From: Hormoscilla sp.
Lineage (GTDB): Bacteria > Cyanobacteriota > Cyanobacteriia > Cyanobacteriales > Desertifilaceae
Assembly (NCBI GenBank): GCA_051439505.1
Contig: JBFRWI010000161.1
Coordinates: 1 to 41,629, forward strand
Length of the DNA: 41,629 bases
Direction: 5' to 3'
In this document: positions 30,201 through 37,607 of the stretch, in pieces
Position numbering within the stretch: position 1 is the first letter of the stretch
Layout: each line of letters starts with the position of its first letter
Notes under the pieces: generated by a model
What the model saw: only the letters and a program-made list of their open reading frames with translations
What the model was told of the DNA's origin: nothing
Database searches by the model: none
Position numbers and translations under genes: made by a program

Positions 30201-30451
30201 TGTACCCGATCGCCCAATCTTTCCAATATTTGATAGTCATCATTGATTTGGTCCCCGCGCAACCGCAACCCCACTGCCTCAGTCTGATTTACCAACTCTA
30301 GCAATTTCTCTATATTTGCGATCGACCGGTCTCGATCGTGACAAAACTCACCATCTAGGATACCCACACCTCCTGCCCTGGTTGTCGCCACGGCAATGCC
30401 CGGATGAGACATACTTATCGGACTGATAGAAAAGCATTCAAATGAATTCAT
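24248..30451 (-). CDS. Iterative type I PKS/secondary lipid synthase: two FabK/nitronate-monooxygenase-like (ER) domains, KS, AT, ACP, ACP
   Basis: ER-like IAKGHESGG / QGGIG and QGPMTRVSD / EGRECGGH / AGGIHD; KS DAACAGSL, EAHGTGT, IGHTKS; AT GQGAQ, GHSYGE, GAFHS; two PfaA-type ACPs LEAELGIDSIKRVEILG. Confidence 0.95.
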   Translation of the reverse strand: MNSFECFSISPISMSHPGIAVATTRAGGVGILDGEFCHDRDRSIANIEKLLELVNQTEAVGLRLRGDQINDDYQILERLGDRVHYLIISEVREIGDIKALVREGRKILIEITDAVEASVIREDIIDGIIAKGHESGGWVGEDSAYILLQKLREKTSLPIYVQGGIGIHTAAACRGAGASGIVLDDQLWLMPESPMPESWQKHLANLNGQEAITIGERLNASCRVLSRPGFEAIENLQELAERLGLENPQDWREKASRLVGWDSPGMLAWPVGQAIGLAAGYRDRYKTTGRCVQALLNGSREQIEIAQKLQPLGENAPLAVTHGTKYPIVQGPMTRVSDKAEFADAVSQAGGLPLLALALMGGPQVRSLLTEAQEKMGDRPWGVGILGFVPQELREEQLKIIAEIRPPFALIAGGRPDQAAQLESLGIATYIHVPVPKLLEMFLEQGARKFVFEGRECGGHVGPLSSFMLWESTISTLLASVPEGVASDEQSQINVLFAGGIHDARSAAMVSAMAAPLAERGMKIGVLMGSAYLFTEEAVSSGAIVKGFQAQALTCTRTINLETGPGHASRCAVTPFAGEFYQTRRQMMAEGRGKDEISRVLEDLTLGRLRIASKGLTRDAAGEMVTVDSEKQIAEGMYMIGQVATMRDRVLTVQQLHEEVSQGSKDLLAKVRSEDFSPQKVRSEDFSPPSDIAIIGISTLLPKAQDPETFWQNIIEKVNAITEIPANRWDWRIYYDPDRNARDKVYSKWGGFIDDVPFDPISFGIPPKSMKSIEPLQLLTLEAVRRALVDAGLFEGSPLTPLNKGGTGSPLTPLNKGGTELDFSRSVREKTSVILGAGGGMGDLGQQYTTRATMPLFVEKTSSQVWERLPEWTEESFPGTLLNVIAGRVANKLDLGGSNFTVDAACAGSLAAIDLAVQELESGRSNMVIAGGVDGMQTPWSYFCFSKTQALSPQGVARSFDKNADGIVISEGIAIVVLKRLADAQRDGDRIYAVIKAVAGSSDGKGLSMTAPRPAGQRRALQRAYNKAGFSPNTLGLYEAHGTGTVAGDRAELETITETLRNTDAGQKSCAIGSVKTTIGHTKSTAGVAALVKMALSLYHKVLPPHTNVEQPIDAIASPESPVYLLKEAHPWLGSRPRRGGVSAFGFGGTNFHATLEEYNDWQSPVLGAENWPWELIILQGENREALIKEVRFLLETLLAGAEPRLADLAYTYASGKASAKALTTNLTICVKDLVELTASLELALKHLEGNSGEPLPLNIQLQEVTGTQERQDKIAFLFPGQGAQYPEMAREVALYFPQMRQALELADRETAGKLPKLLSQFIYPASAYSETEKLSNKQQLTDTHVAQPAIGTISMGFLEIIAQLGLKADMVGGHSYGEYTALYAAGVLPAKEFLRLSETRGRVMASACEVADGAMAAVQMSARDLLEYLSSFPQVVLANHNAPLQSVISGERTQVEEVVSSLTSKGIQARMLPVAGAFHSSLVESATGPLSEAIADCQLESPQIPVYSNGDGIYSSEPEAISKRLSAHALNSVQFVNQIEAMYAAGARVFVEVGPKSILKSLVGQILADKDHTVVSLDGQGGGLKGLLLAVGKLVTSNRVNIDPTGLFAGRQVKQLDLSKLVELTGKPKLSPTTWLLNGGTARPVGVDVGYMGKRPPLTLETKSSHERAELPIERERQSQVERAAQSAKALPKSRIMSRSQQHKQVNTQSRMSRSNQQPTSSNYQVSPDAAVIAYQAYQETMRQFLKVQESVMQQFLSGGIPPNPPDRGLDAAAAPMLAEPQSQIPPNPPYRRGEPEAQSRVPQIVRQTPVQQIVTPPNGLQETGNGTKHQVGWVEEGNPGQVGWVSERNPTAMPDRESLTEMLLKIVSDRTGYPQEMLGLDQDLEAELGIDSIKRVEILGALGKNLPIALSKSMQAEMETLTRVKTLNGLIARVLENGKSPSPPIGDRQSAMPDKESLRAMLLKIVSDRTGYPPEMLGLDLDLEAELGIDSIKRVEILGALGKNLPEASAGNIQAQMETLTRVKTLNGLIAHLLEKGENSQSEITKGEENGLGKYQSQSKALGVT
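24284..24308 (-). other. Candidate programmed -1 ribosomal frameshift signal: internal SD GGGGGAGG, 10-nt spacer, G_GGA_AAG slippery heptamer
   Basis: Minus strand reads AAG GGG GAG GAA AAT GGC CTG GGA AAG TAT; heptamer at 24290-24284, SD at 24308-24301. Confidence 0.75.
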
Positions 30452-30781
30452 GGGGTAACTTTCTCCTCTGTAGTATCTTCGGATTCCTCTCTTTCTTCCC
30501 TGGCTTTCCCCAGATTACCATATTACCATGCTAACCTTTACACTTGCTATAACCGTTAGAGTAGCCATTGACTACATTCTCCCCCTTTTCCATTTCGGAA
30601 AATATTCCATCTTTTTTCCCGGTCATTTCCTCTCTTCCTTGTCACCTCCCAATGGCGATCGGCTATTTCGGTGCTTGTCTATATAATATTCCCAATTGCC
30701 TTGACATTCTCCCACTCCCTCACTTTCCCACAAATGTTAATTAATTATCTGGAAGGTATAGCTTGGTGGGCCGTGCCCACC

Positions 30782-31606
30782 CTACGGGCATTTTCCTTCC
30801 GCGAATGGTACTTCAAAGCATTTTTCGTGCATTACTGGACCATGGCCAAAATAGCCTGATTCTCCGAACAACTCTCCGTGATCTGCGGTAATAATTACGT
30901 GAGTATTGGCGGGACATTTGCTGAATAATTCTCCCACGAGTCCGTCTACATATTCAACACATTTGATTTGCTGTTGATGGAGACGCTGCATTTCCTCTGG
31001 GTCAAAAAATTTTTTTTCCTCCTCTGGCTTTTCCCCAACCAGTAATTCATCCATCTGCTTAAAGACCCCATGGACTCCCGAAATGTGAGGCATATCCTCC
31101 CCCGTTAGCATATAAGGATAATGGGTTTCGCCCAAATTCAGGAAATAAAATCTGGGGGTCTCGTCGGGAAACTCAATTTCGGATACCATCGTGGCAAAAT
31201 CATTATGGTTGGCCATTAATACGTAGTCATCAAAATATTTATTGATGCTCGTAAACTGGTTCAGCACCGGTAGAGACACTCGCGCGATCGTCCGATATCC
31301 CAAATCTTTGAGCACCTTGGGGAGAGACAGTTGGGGCACAAAAGTCTTGAAGGACAAATTCTCAATTCCCAGGCGATCGACCCAAAGTGCGAATTCCTGC
31401 TTGTAGACCTCAGAGGCAAAGACCCCGCGCGGACTGGTATGGGGAATCATGCCCATCAGCATAGCATAATGGGAAGGGGATGTCCAAGAAGCATAGCTGT
31501 AGCGTAGTTCCGCCTTGCCGATGCCATCCATATTGGGGGTAGATGCCGCCGCAAAGCTGTCATAGCGACAGCTATCCATAATGATATAGACGAGATGATT
31601 TGGCAT
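30782..31606 (-). CDS. Sulfatase-like hydrolase/transferase (alkaline phosphatase superfamily); start reassigned to MPNHLV at 31606
   Basis: YIIMDSCRYD, ASWTSPSH, ETHYPY, YVDG, TADHGE, GHG, EVP. Confidence 0.85.
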   Translation of the reverse strand: MPNHLVYIIMDSCRYDSFAAASTPNMDGIGKAELRYSYASWTSPSHYAMLMGMIPHTSPRGVFASEVYKQEFALWVDRLGIENLSFKTFVPQLSLPKVLKDLGYRTIARVSLPVLNQFTSINKYFDDYVLMANHNDFATMVSEIEFPDETPRFYFLNLGETHYPYMLTGEDMPHISGVHGVFKQMDELLVGEKPEEEKKFFDPEEMQRLHQQQIKCVEYVDGLVGELFSKCPANTHVIITADHGELFGESGYFGHGPVMHEKCFEVPFAEGKCP

Positions 31607-31663
31607 AGTTTGTAAGGTGGGCACCGCCCACCACGGACGATTTGGCCTCTGCTGGGGAACCGG

Positions 31664-32704
31664 CTATTTACTGACCGATCGCTCCTGACGGCGGGCCTGT
31701 CTATTTTCACGCCTGCGAGTTTGAGCTGCAGTCAGTTGTTCTTGGGCCTCTGCTTGGTAGGAAGCGACGACTTCGGTCCAGCGTTCTTCATCTTCGGACT
31801 CGATCTCTTCCAGGTCCATCAGATCCTCTGGTATTTCTGTAGACTCTGAAGCTAACAGCGCTGCTGCTTGATACTCTTCCGCTGCTTCCTGCAACAACCC
31901 TTGTCGCTGGTAGATGTCCCCCCAGAGTTGATGGATCTTGGGTGCCAACTGCTTATTGCTGCGAGGCACCTGCCGGAGAGTTTCCATCGCCTCTTGCAGC
32001 TCGTTATTTTCGATCAAGGCTTGCACTAAGCCCATTTTAGTCCTGGGCGAGGCATCTGGCTTGAGGTCGATCGCTTCGGAGAAAGCTGCTTGGGCCCCCT
32101 GGTAGTCTTGTTGTCGCAGATAGATGCGCCCCAACCGTTGACTCACCCGGGCCGTCGGGCCACCAGCCATATTTTGAGTCTTTTGGAGTTCAGCTACTGC
32201 AGCGTCTAGCTTATCTTGGGCTTGATATATTTGGGATACTAGCAAGCGAGCCGTGATGCGCTGGGGGTCTAAGCGCAGGGCCTGACGTAACTGTTCTAGG
32301 GCCGCCTCATACTTTTTTTCTCGGATCAGCGCCTGAGCCATGCCCTGATAGGCTGGGATAAACTGGGGGTCGATATCCAAAGCTGCCTGAAATTCCGCTT
32401 TGGCCAGTTCCAACTCCCTCTGTCTGAGATAGACCTTTCCGGCAGCGTTGGGGGCCTGAGTTCTCAGAGGATCCAGTTTCTTCACCGCCTGATAATGGGC
32501 CAGGGCTTCATCGTAACGCTGCTGCCGGACTAGCATATTACCTGCGCCCATATGGGCCTGTTTTGAGTTAGGATTATTTTGCAGAACCGCTTCAAATTCC
32601 GCTAACGCCTCGTCAAAGCGCTTTTCCTTGGCCAGGGCTAAAGCCAGCTTAGTCTGTTCCCGGTCGTTTGTGCCTACTTTCTTTACCTTGGGGGTGAATG
32701 TCAT
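31664..32704 (-). CDS. Tetratricopeptide repeat protein
   Basis: About 7-8 consecutive 34-aa TPR units (e.g. AHMGAGNMLVRQQRYDEALAHYQAVKKLDP). Confidence 0.92.
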   Translation of the reverse strand: MTFTPKVKKVGTNDREQTKLALALAKEKRFDEALAEFEAVLQNNPNSKQAHMGAGNMLVRQQRYDEALAHYQAVKKLDPLRTQAPNAAGKVYLRQRELELAKAEFQAALDIDPQFIPAYQGMAQALIREKKYEAALEQLRQALRLDPQRITARLLVSQIYQAQDKLDAAVAELQKTQNMAGGPTARVSQRLGRIYLRQQDYQGAQAAFSEAIDLKPDASPRTKMGLVQALIENNELQEAMETLRQVPRSNKQLAPKIHQLWGDIYQRQGLLQEAAEEYQAAALLASESTEIPEDLMDLEEIESEDEERWTEVVASYQAEAQEQLTAAQTRRRENRQARRQERSVSK

Positions 32705-32923
32705 GAATTCTCCTTCAACGTTAGCACCGGTGATCCCTCAGGACACCGTGATACTCCATAATAGCAAAAGCCGTTCGTAGTCAACGGGAAGCGCGTTTGC
32801 CGGGTTCGCCGTCAACCGTTCGTAGCCTCCCTGTCAAAAAAACACATTTTCCGATTATACCTCCAGAGGGGCGATCGACCACAAGCAAAGAATAAAATTG
32901 CTACAAGACCAGTTTCCTGCTGA

Positions 32924-32978
32924 CCGGGCAGGCGAGACGCCCGCCCTAGGTCTTCCCGGGCAGGCGAGACGATCGCCC
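32924..32978. repeat. Two REP-like copies (CCGGGCAGGCGAGACG...) in the divergent promoter region
   Basis: 16-bp direct repeat at 32924 and 32956, each part of a hairpin (GGGCAGGCG-aga-CGCCCGCCC). Confidence 0.7.
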
Positions 32979-33000
32979 GACATCATCGACCAATAATATC

Positions 33001-35586
33001 ATGTATAATCTCCACCGAAAATATTTTCGTCAAGACCTGATTGTTACGTCAAAAACGGACAAGGATACGGGAGAAAAATCCTATTTAATTAAAGACCCCA
33101 AGTCGGGAGAGACTTTTGAGTTAGGGGAAGAGGAGTATTTTCTCTGCCAGTCAATGGATGGAAGGGCAACTCCCTCTCAAATATCTGCTAGCTTCCAAGG
33201 TCGTTTTGGATTAGAAATTAATGAGTCCGATCTCGATAGTTTCTCCCAACAAATGTCCGAATTGGGACTGCTGCAACCTGTCAATGGGTCGGTTCCTGCT
33301 AGTTCTTCGGAGTCGGGAAACGGGCGATCGCCCACCGGTTCGGAGTCAGAAACTACCTGGGTCAAAAGCCAAAAACGCCAGAAACAGCCAGGGAAGACAT
33401 ACATATTTTCGGCAAGGAATCCCACTTCCATGCTAGCAAAATGGGCGCGAGTTGTCAAGCCTTTTGAGGGATTATGCAAGTTATTAGTTTGGCTGTTAAT
33501 TCCGGGAGTTCCCCTAGCGTTGTTGACATTATTGAATAACCAACCAGAATTTTGGCAGGACATCAGGGTATCGGTAGGGCCAGTATCATTTTTTGTGAGT
33601 TATGGCTTAAAATTGATGCTAATTAACTTCACAGCCAGGGTAGCGGAAGGGATAGTCTTTAGCTATTATGGGATTAAGGTAGAGAAGTTTGGCCTAGTGC
33701 TAGCGGCGGGATTAATTCCCCGATTTTCCCTGGACAGAGACGGGGTATGGGCATTGAAGCGCCAGCAGCAATTATGGTGCTTTGCCACGCCCTTGATAGT
33801 GAGACTGATATATTTCGTCTGGGGGACTTTGTTTTGGTACTGGCATCGCAGTTCCGGTACGTCTTTAGGGATCTGGGCGCTATTACTGGGTCATTCAGCT
33901 TTGATGGCGTTTCTGATCGTTAGCTGTCCGCTATTTCCCAGTGATGGATATAGGTTGTTCCGAGCTTATTTTCGCCTGCCTCGGAACTTTTTAGCAAGGA
34001 CATATATGGTTTGGCGGATGGTACTCCAGCGTCGCCCTTTGCCCAAGTCAATGTCGGGGAAAGAAAAGTTCCTGCTGTTAGGATATGGTCCAGCTATATT
34101 AGTTGTTGTGTTGTTCTTGATGCTGAGGATTTCCCTATCTGTGGCCAGGGGAATAGCAAGCAGTTTTCCGGGGCTTTTTGGCAGAGGGACTTTGGCGGTT
34201 CTGCTATGCATAACTATCGGGTTGGTTTTGCGGAATCGAGGTACAAAATTGTGGCGGCGACAAAAACGTTTTGCGGGAAAAAAGGAGTCCGTAACTGTCG
34301 AAAAACCAGTGAAGCTGCCTTGGAAAAAACGGCTGTGGAAGAGGACAATCAGGTTAGGCTTTTTGGTGCTGTTGGGGGTGCTACTTTCCTTACCCTATCC
34401 CTATCGCCCGGGGGGACAAATTCAACTATTGCGGCCCGCCCAGCAGGAAATTCAAGCCCAAGTAGATGGTACAATTGTGCAGGTGATGTTCGATGGCGGT
34501 GATGGCAAATTGATTGCAGCGGGAACCCCGATCGCAATTATGGAAGCAACCGACATTGAAAATGAGGTGCTGACAACTAGGGAAAGGATCAAAAATCAGG
34601 AAGCAGTCTTGGCGCGGGAACAAGCGACTCTGAATAAACTGTTGAATACTCCCCGTCCGGAGGAGGTAGAAGTTGCCAGACGAAAAGTGCGAGTGGCGCG
34701 ACAAGAGGTGGAGGTGGCGCGACAGGAAGTAGAGGTAGCGCGACAGGAGGTAGAGGTGGAGAAAAGAAAGCTGGATGCCGGGAGATCCCAGGCGGAATTT
34801 AGCGCCAATAAGGCCAAGCGGATGAAGTCTTTATATGAGGAGGGGGCTATATCTCTGCAAGACTGGGAGGACGAACAAAAGCGGGCAGATAACGATCGCA
34901 TCGCGGTGGAGGAACTGGGGCAAAGTTTGGCCGTGAAGGAAAAGGACGTGTTATCGGCCCGGAACCAATTGGTGAAAAAGCAAGAAGATTTAGCGGAAAC
35001 CCGGGCAAGTTTAGAATTAGTATTAAGCGGGGCCCATCCCGATGAAATTGCCGCCGCCCGCAAGCAGGTAGAAGCGGCCCGGGCCCAGATCGATCGCCTG
35101 GAACAGGAGTTAAAATATGCCCAGTCAGAGTTACAACGGACGGAGTTACTGATGCCTTTAGATGGCCGGTTAATCACGCCCTATTTGCCCCAGAAGCGGG
35201 GCAGCTATCTGGAAAAGGGAGATAAGTTTGCCGTGGCGGAGGACGATCGCATTATCCAAGGGGAAGTGAGAGTCCCGGAGTATAATGTCGCGGAATTCGC
35301 GATCGGGGCCCAGGTTGAAGTGAAGCTGTTAGCTTATCCCGATCAATCATTATTAGGGAAAGTTGTGGCGATCGAACCGACAGCGGCGTTGGGGGGTGAT
35401 ATCAGAACAGATGCTACAGAACGGGTGGTGAGAGTAATAGTAGACTTGGAGAATACCGATCGACTGCTGAAAGCTGGGATGACGGGCTATGCTAAAATAA
35501 CTGGCAGTCCCAAACCTTTAATCGTCGCCTTCACACGCCCGATCGTGAGATTCATCCAAGTGGAAGTTTGGTCCTGGTTACCTTGA
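33001..35586 (+). CDS. Fusion of an N-terminal PqqD-like domain, an M50-like membrane domain lacking HExxH, and a HlyD-family periplasmic adaptor
   Basis: YLIKDPKSGETFELGEEEYFLCQSMDG (PqqD-like); multi-TM region with PLFPSDGY; lipoyl-like IQAQVDGTIVQV and LLMPLDG, long coiled coil, LKAGMTGYAKI. Confidence 0.85.
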   Translation: MYNLHRKYFRQDLIVTSKTDKDTGEKSYLIKDPKSGETFELGEEEYFLCQSMDGRATPSQISASFQGRFGLEINESDLDSFSQQMSELGLLQPVNGSVPASSSESGNGRSPTGSESETTWVKSQKRQKQPGKTYIFSARNPTSMLAKWARVVKPFEGLCKLLVWLLIPGVPLALLTLLNNQPEFWQDIRVSVGPVSFFVSYGLKLMLINFTARVAEGIVFSYYGIKVEKFGLVLAAGLIPRFSLDRDGVWALKRQQQLWCFATPLIVRLIYFVWGTLFWYWHRSSGTSLGIWALLLGHSALMAFLIVSCPLFPSDGYRLFRAYFRLPRNFLARTYMVWRMVLQRRPLPKSMSGKEKFLLLGYGPAILVVVLFLMLRISLSVARGIASSFPGLFGRGTLAVLLCITIGLVLRNRGTKLWRRQKRFAGKKESVTVEKPVKLPWKKRLWKRTIRLGFLVLLGVLLSLPYPYRPGGQIQLLRPAQQEIQAQVDGTIVQVMFDGGDGKLIAAGTPIAIMEATDIENEVLTTRERIKNQEAVLAREQATLNKLLNTPRPEEVEVARRKVRVARQEVEVARQEVEVARQEVEVEKRKLDAGRSQAEFSANKAKRMKSLYEEGAISLQDWEDEQKRADNDRIAVEELGQSLAVKEKDVLSARNQLVKKQEDLAETRASLELVLSGAHPDEIAAARKQVEAARAQIDRLEQELKYAQSELQRTELLMPLDGRLITPYLPQKRGSYLEKGDKFAVAEDDRIIQGEVRVPEYNVAEFAIGAQVEVKLLAYPDQSLLGKVVAIEPTAALGGDIRTDATERVVRVIVDLENTDRLLKAGMTGYAKITGSPKPLIVAFTRPIVRFIQVEVWSWLP

Positions 35587-35607
35587 GTAGAGATTCATTC
35601 ACTTCGC

Positions 35608-35668
35608 TGTTAGCCCGCCGGGGGTTCAAACCCCCGGCTAATAGCTAAAGTGGGTTAAAACCCACTGG
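35608..35668. repeat. REP/REPIN-like double hairpin after the HlyD gene (possible terminator)
   Basis: GCCGGGGG-ttcaaa-CCCCCGGC and AGTGGGTT-aa-AACCCACT. Confidence 0.7.
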
Positions 35669-35763
35669 AAGCATTGTCTAGAAAGGATTTAGATGCGGCC
35701 TGTTCAGACTAATCTGATAATGTTAAAATAATTGTTGCGTTGTTTTGACAAAATGGTATTATT

Positions 35764-36561
35764 ATGAGAATTAGGTTCTACGATAAATTTGCGTACTTGC
35801 CTAGCGCGGAAGAATTACCAGACTCAGATGATACTCCCGTGGATAGCGAACTACAATACCTGATCCCCTACTTAGTACACGATCTCTTGTTCGGTATTTT
35901 TGCAGACCGAGATGATTGGTTTTGGGGAGTAAATATGGGAATATACTATAACCCAGGCAAACTAGCCCTAATCCCAGATGGATTTCTAAGTTTAGGAGTA
36001 CAGCGGGCAAAATCAACAGGACCGCGCCCCAGCTATGTGTTGTGGGAAGAAGAATTCATCGTGCCAATTTTGGTGATGGAAGTGATCTCCAAAACCTATG
36101 GGGGAGAGTATGAAGACAAAATGACGGATTATGCAGAACTAGGGGCATTGTACTATGTGATTTATAATCCATTTTGCCGTCCGAGATTGAATCGAAGACG
36201 GGGGCCAAGGAGTCGTCATGATGACCATCAGACTTTGGAAGTATACCGGTTAGAAGGAGACAGATATGTTCGGCTGCCAGGCGATCGCATTTGGTTACCA
36301 GAAATAGGGTTAGGAATTGGAATTGAACAAGGAAGATATCTAGGATTGACAGGGGAATGGATATATTGGTATGACCGAGAAGGTACAAGATATCTGACCA
36401 CAGAGGAGTTGGCGCTGCAACAACAGCAACGAGTCGAACGGGAACGACAACTGGCCCAACTGGAACGGCAACGGGCCGATCGGGAACAGCAACGGGCCGA
36501 TCGACTGGCAGAATATCTGCGATCGCAAGGTATCGATCCCGATAATTTGCCGGGAGGATAA
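35764..36561 (+). CDS. Uma2 (DUF820) family PD-(D/E)XK endonuclease
   Basis: LPSAEELPDSDDTPVDSELQ, IPDGFLSLG, VMEVIS, EYEDKMTDY, YYVIYNP; QR-rich coiled-coil tail ending LRSQGIDP. Confidence 0.93.
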   Translation: MRIRFYDKFAYLPSAEELPDSDDTPVDSELQYLIPYLVHDLLFGIFADRDDWFWGVNMGIYYNPGKLALIPDGFLSLGVQRAKSTGPRPSYVLWEEEFIVPILVMEVISKTYGGEYEDKMTDYAELGALYYVIYNPFCRPRLNRRRGPRSRHDDHQTLEVYRLEGDRYVRLPGDRIWLPEIGLGIGIEQGRYLGLTGEWIYWYDREGTRYLTTEELALQQQQRVERERQLAQLERQRADREQQRADRLAEYLRSQGIDPDNLPGG

Positions 36562-36615
36562 TTGATGCGATCGCCCCCAATTACTATAGATAAAGGGCGA
36601 TCGCCGCTTGTCTGA

Positions 36616-37101
36616 TTACTCGCCGACAATTTGCAATACCCGATGGTACAGCGCCTGACCTACCCTAAAAGACGCGATCGCAATCAACTCATTGAGTACG
36701 GGTTTGACCGCCGGAATCAATCCTTGATTTTTCGCTTCTATGAGAACTCCCAGCAATCCAGTAAAATCGAGTCCCAGACGGGTTGCCTGTATTCTAGCAT
36801 CCAGATCGTCTATCAAGAGTAGCTCGGCATGCAACTCTATAGCCAGCGCTATTGCTTCAGCTTCTCCCTCATCTACACCTGGTCTGAGTGGTATTACCAA
36901 GGATTTATTTTCTACCTGCCGCATTTCAATCCAATCATAGGTCTGTACTTCGGAAGTACCAGGTACGGGACTGTCTAGATCCGTTAATTCCCGATAAACT
37001 GCTTCCGGAATGATGATGCTGCCATATAGCTGTTGCAGCAGCTGTAACTGGTTAATGGCAGCTAAGCTGGTAATTGGCGAAGTGTTACTAACTACAATCA
37101 C
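36616..37101 (-). CDS. DUF3368 PIN-domain protein (putative toxin)
   Basis: MIVVSNTSP, IPEAVYREL, DEGEAEAIALA, LLIDD, GLLGVL..AK. Confidence 0.9.
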   Translation of the reverse strand: MIVVSNTSPITSLAAINQLQLLQQLYGSIIIPEAVYRELTDLDSPVPGTSEVQTYDWIEMRQVENKSLVIPLRPGVDEGEAEAIALAIELHAELLLIDDLDARIQATRLGLDFTGLLGVLIEAKNQGLIPAVKPVLNELIAIASFRVGQALYHRVLQIVGE

Positions 37102-37346
37102 AGTCTTCCTAACTTCTGCAGAGTCTTCAAGTCGTGTTCCAAATCTTCGATATCGTACTCATAGGCGGGAATTTGGCGAGACGCCAGCAAGTGTTGAAAC
37201 AGAATTCTGTTCATGCCGGCGAACGCGCTAGCTTTCCCCAGACCGAGTTTCTTCTTTTGGAAAAGCATAACAGCAATTTCCTGCTTTAACTCCGCCTCGG
37301 TCATCTTGGTGGCGTATAATATTTCGTCGGGGATAATCAAGCTCAT
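37098..37346 (-). CDS. UPF0175 family protein (putative antitoxin)
   Basis: ELKQEIAVMLFQKKKLGLGKASAFAGM..F..LLA.R.IP..YD; overlaps the PIN gene by 4 nt. Confidence 0.9.
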   Translation of the reverse strand: MSLIIPDEILYATKMTEAELKQEIAVMLFQKKKLGLGKASAFAGMNRILFQHLLASRQIPAYEYDIEDLEHDLKTLQKLGRL

Positions 37347-37512
37347 GTACTATTCTCCTCTTTCGCTATTCCTATGCTACAATTAATTCTAGCTTTGGTG
37401 AGGTCACTATCTGGTGCCTAAGGGTCCGATCGCCCGTAGCCCTGTGGCGATCGCCTGTAGCCCTGTACCTACGATGATGATAACACATCTTTGGTTATCT
37501 GACATCTTTATC

Positions 37513-37607
37513 TTAACATCTAGAGGGCGCCAATCCACTGAGACCAGACGTGTCACTCACAACAATCATAGCCACCCCTTCGCAGTCAAATCCTGGATAT
37601 CTTCCTG
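37513..37607 (-). pseudogene. Remnant junction of a second UPF0175/DUF3368 pair
   Basis: Minus strand encodes ...QEDIQDLTAKGWL* (37607-37566) overlapping by ATGA with MIVVSDTSGLSGLA... (37569-37513), paralleling the intact EHDLKTLQKLGRL*/MIVVSNTSPITSLA junction. Confidence 0.7.

Noticed and set aside
18517..30451. Assignment as canonical pfaABCD, heterocyst glycolipid hgl or enediyne PKS
   Set aside because: ER is fused N-terminally; there is no KS-CLF/FabA-type DH subunit, terminal reductase or enediyne thioesterase, so gene symbols were withheld
31607..31624. MPTLQT N-terminus of the sulfatase-like ORF
   Set aside because: Derived from a REP-like palindrome; ATG 31606 fits the domain start
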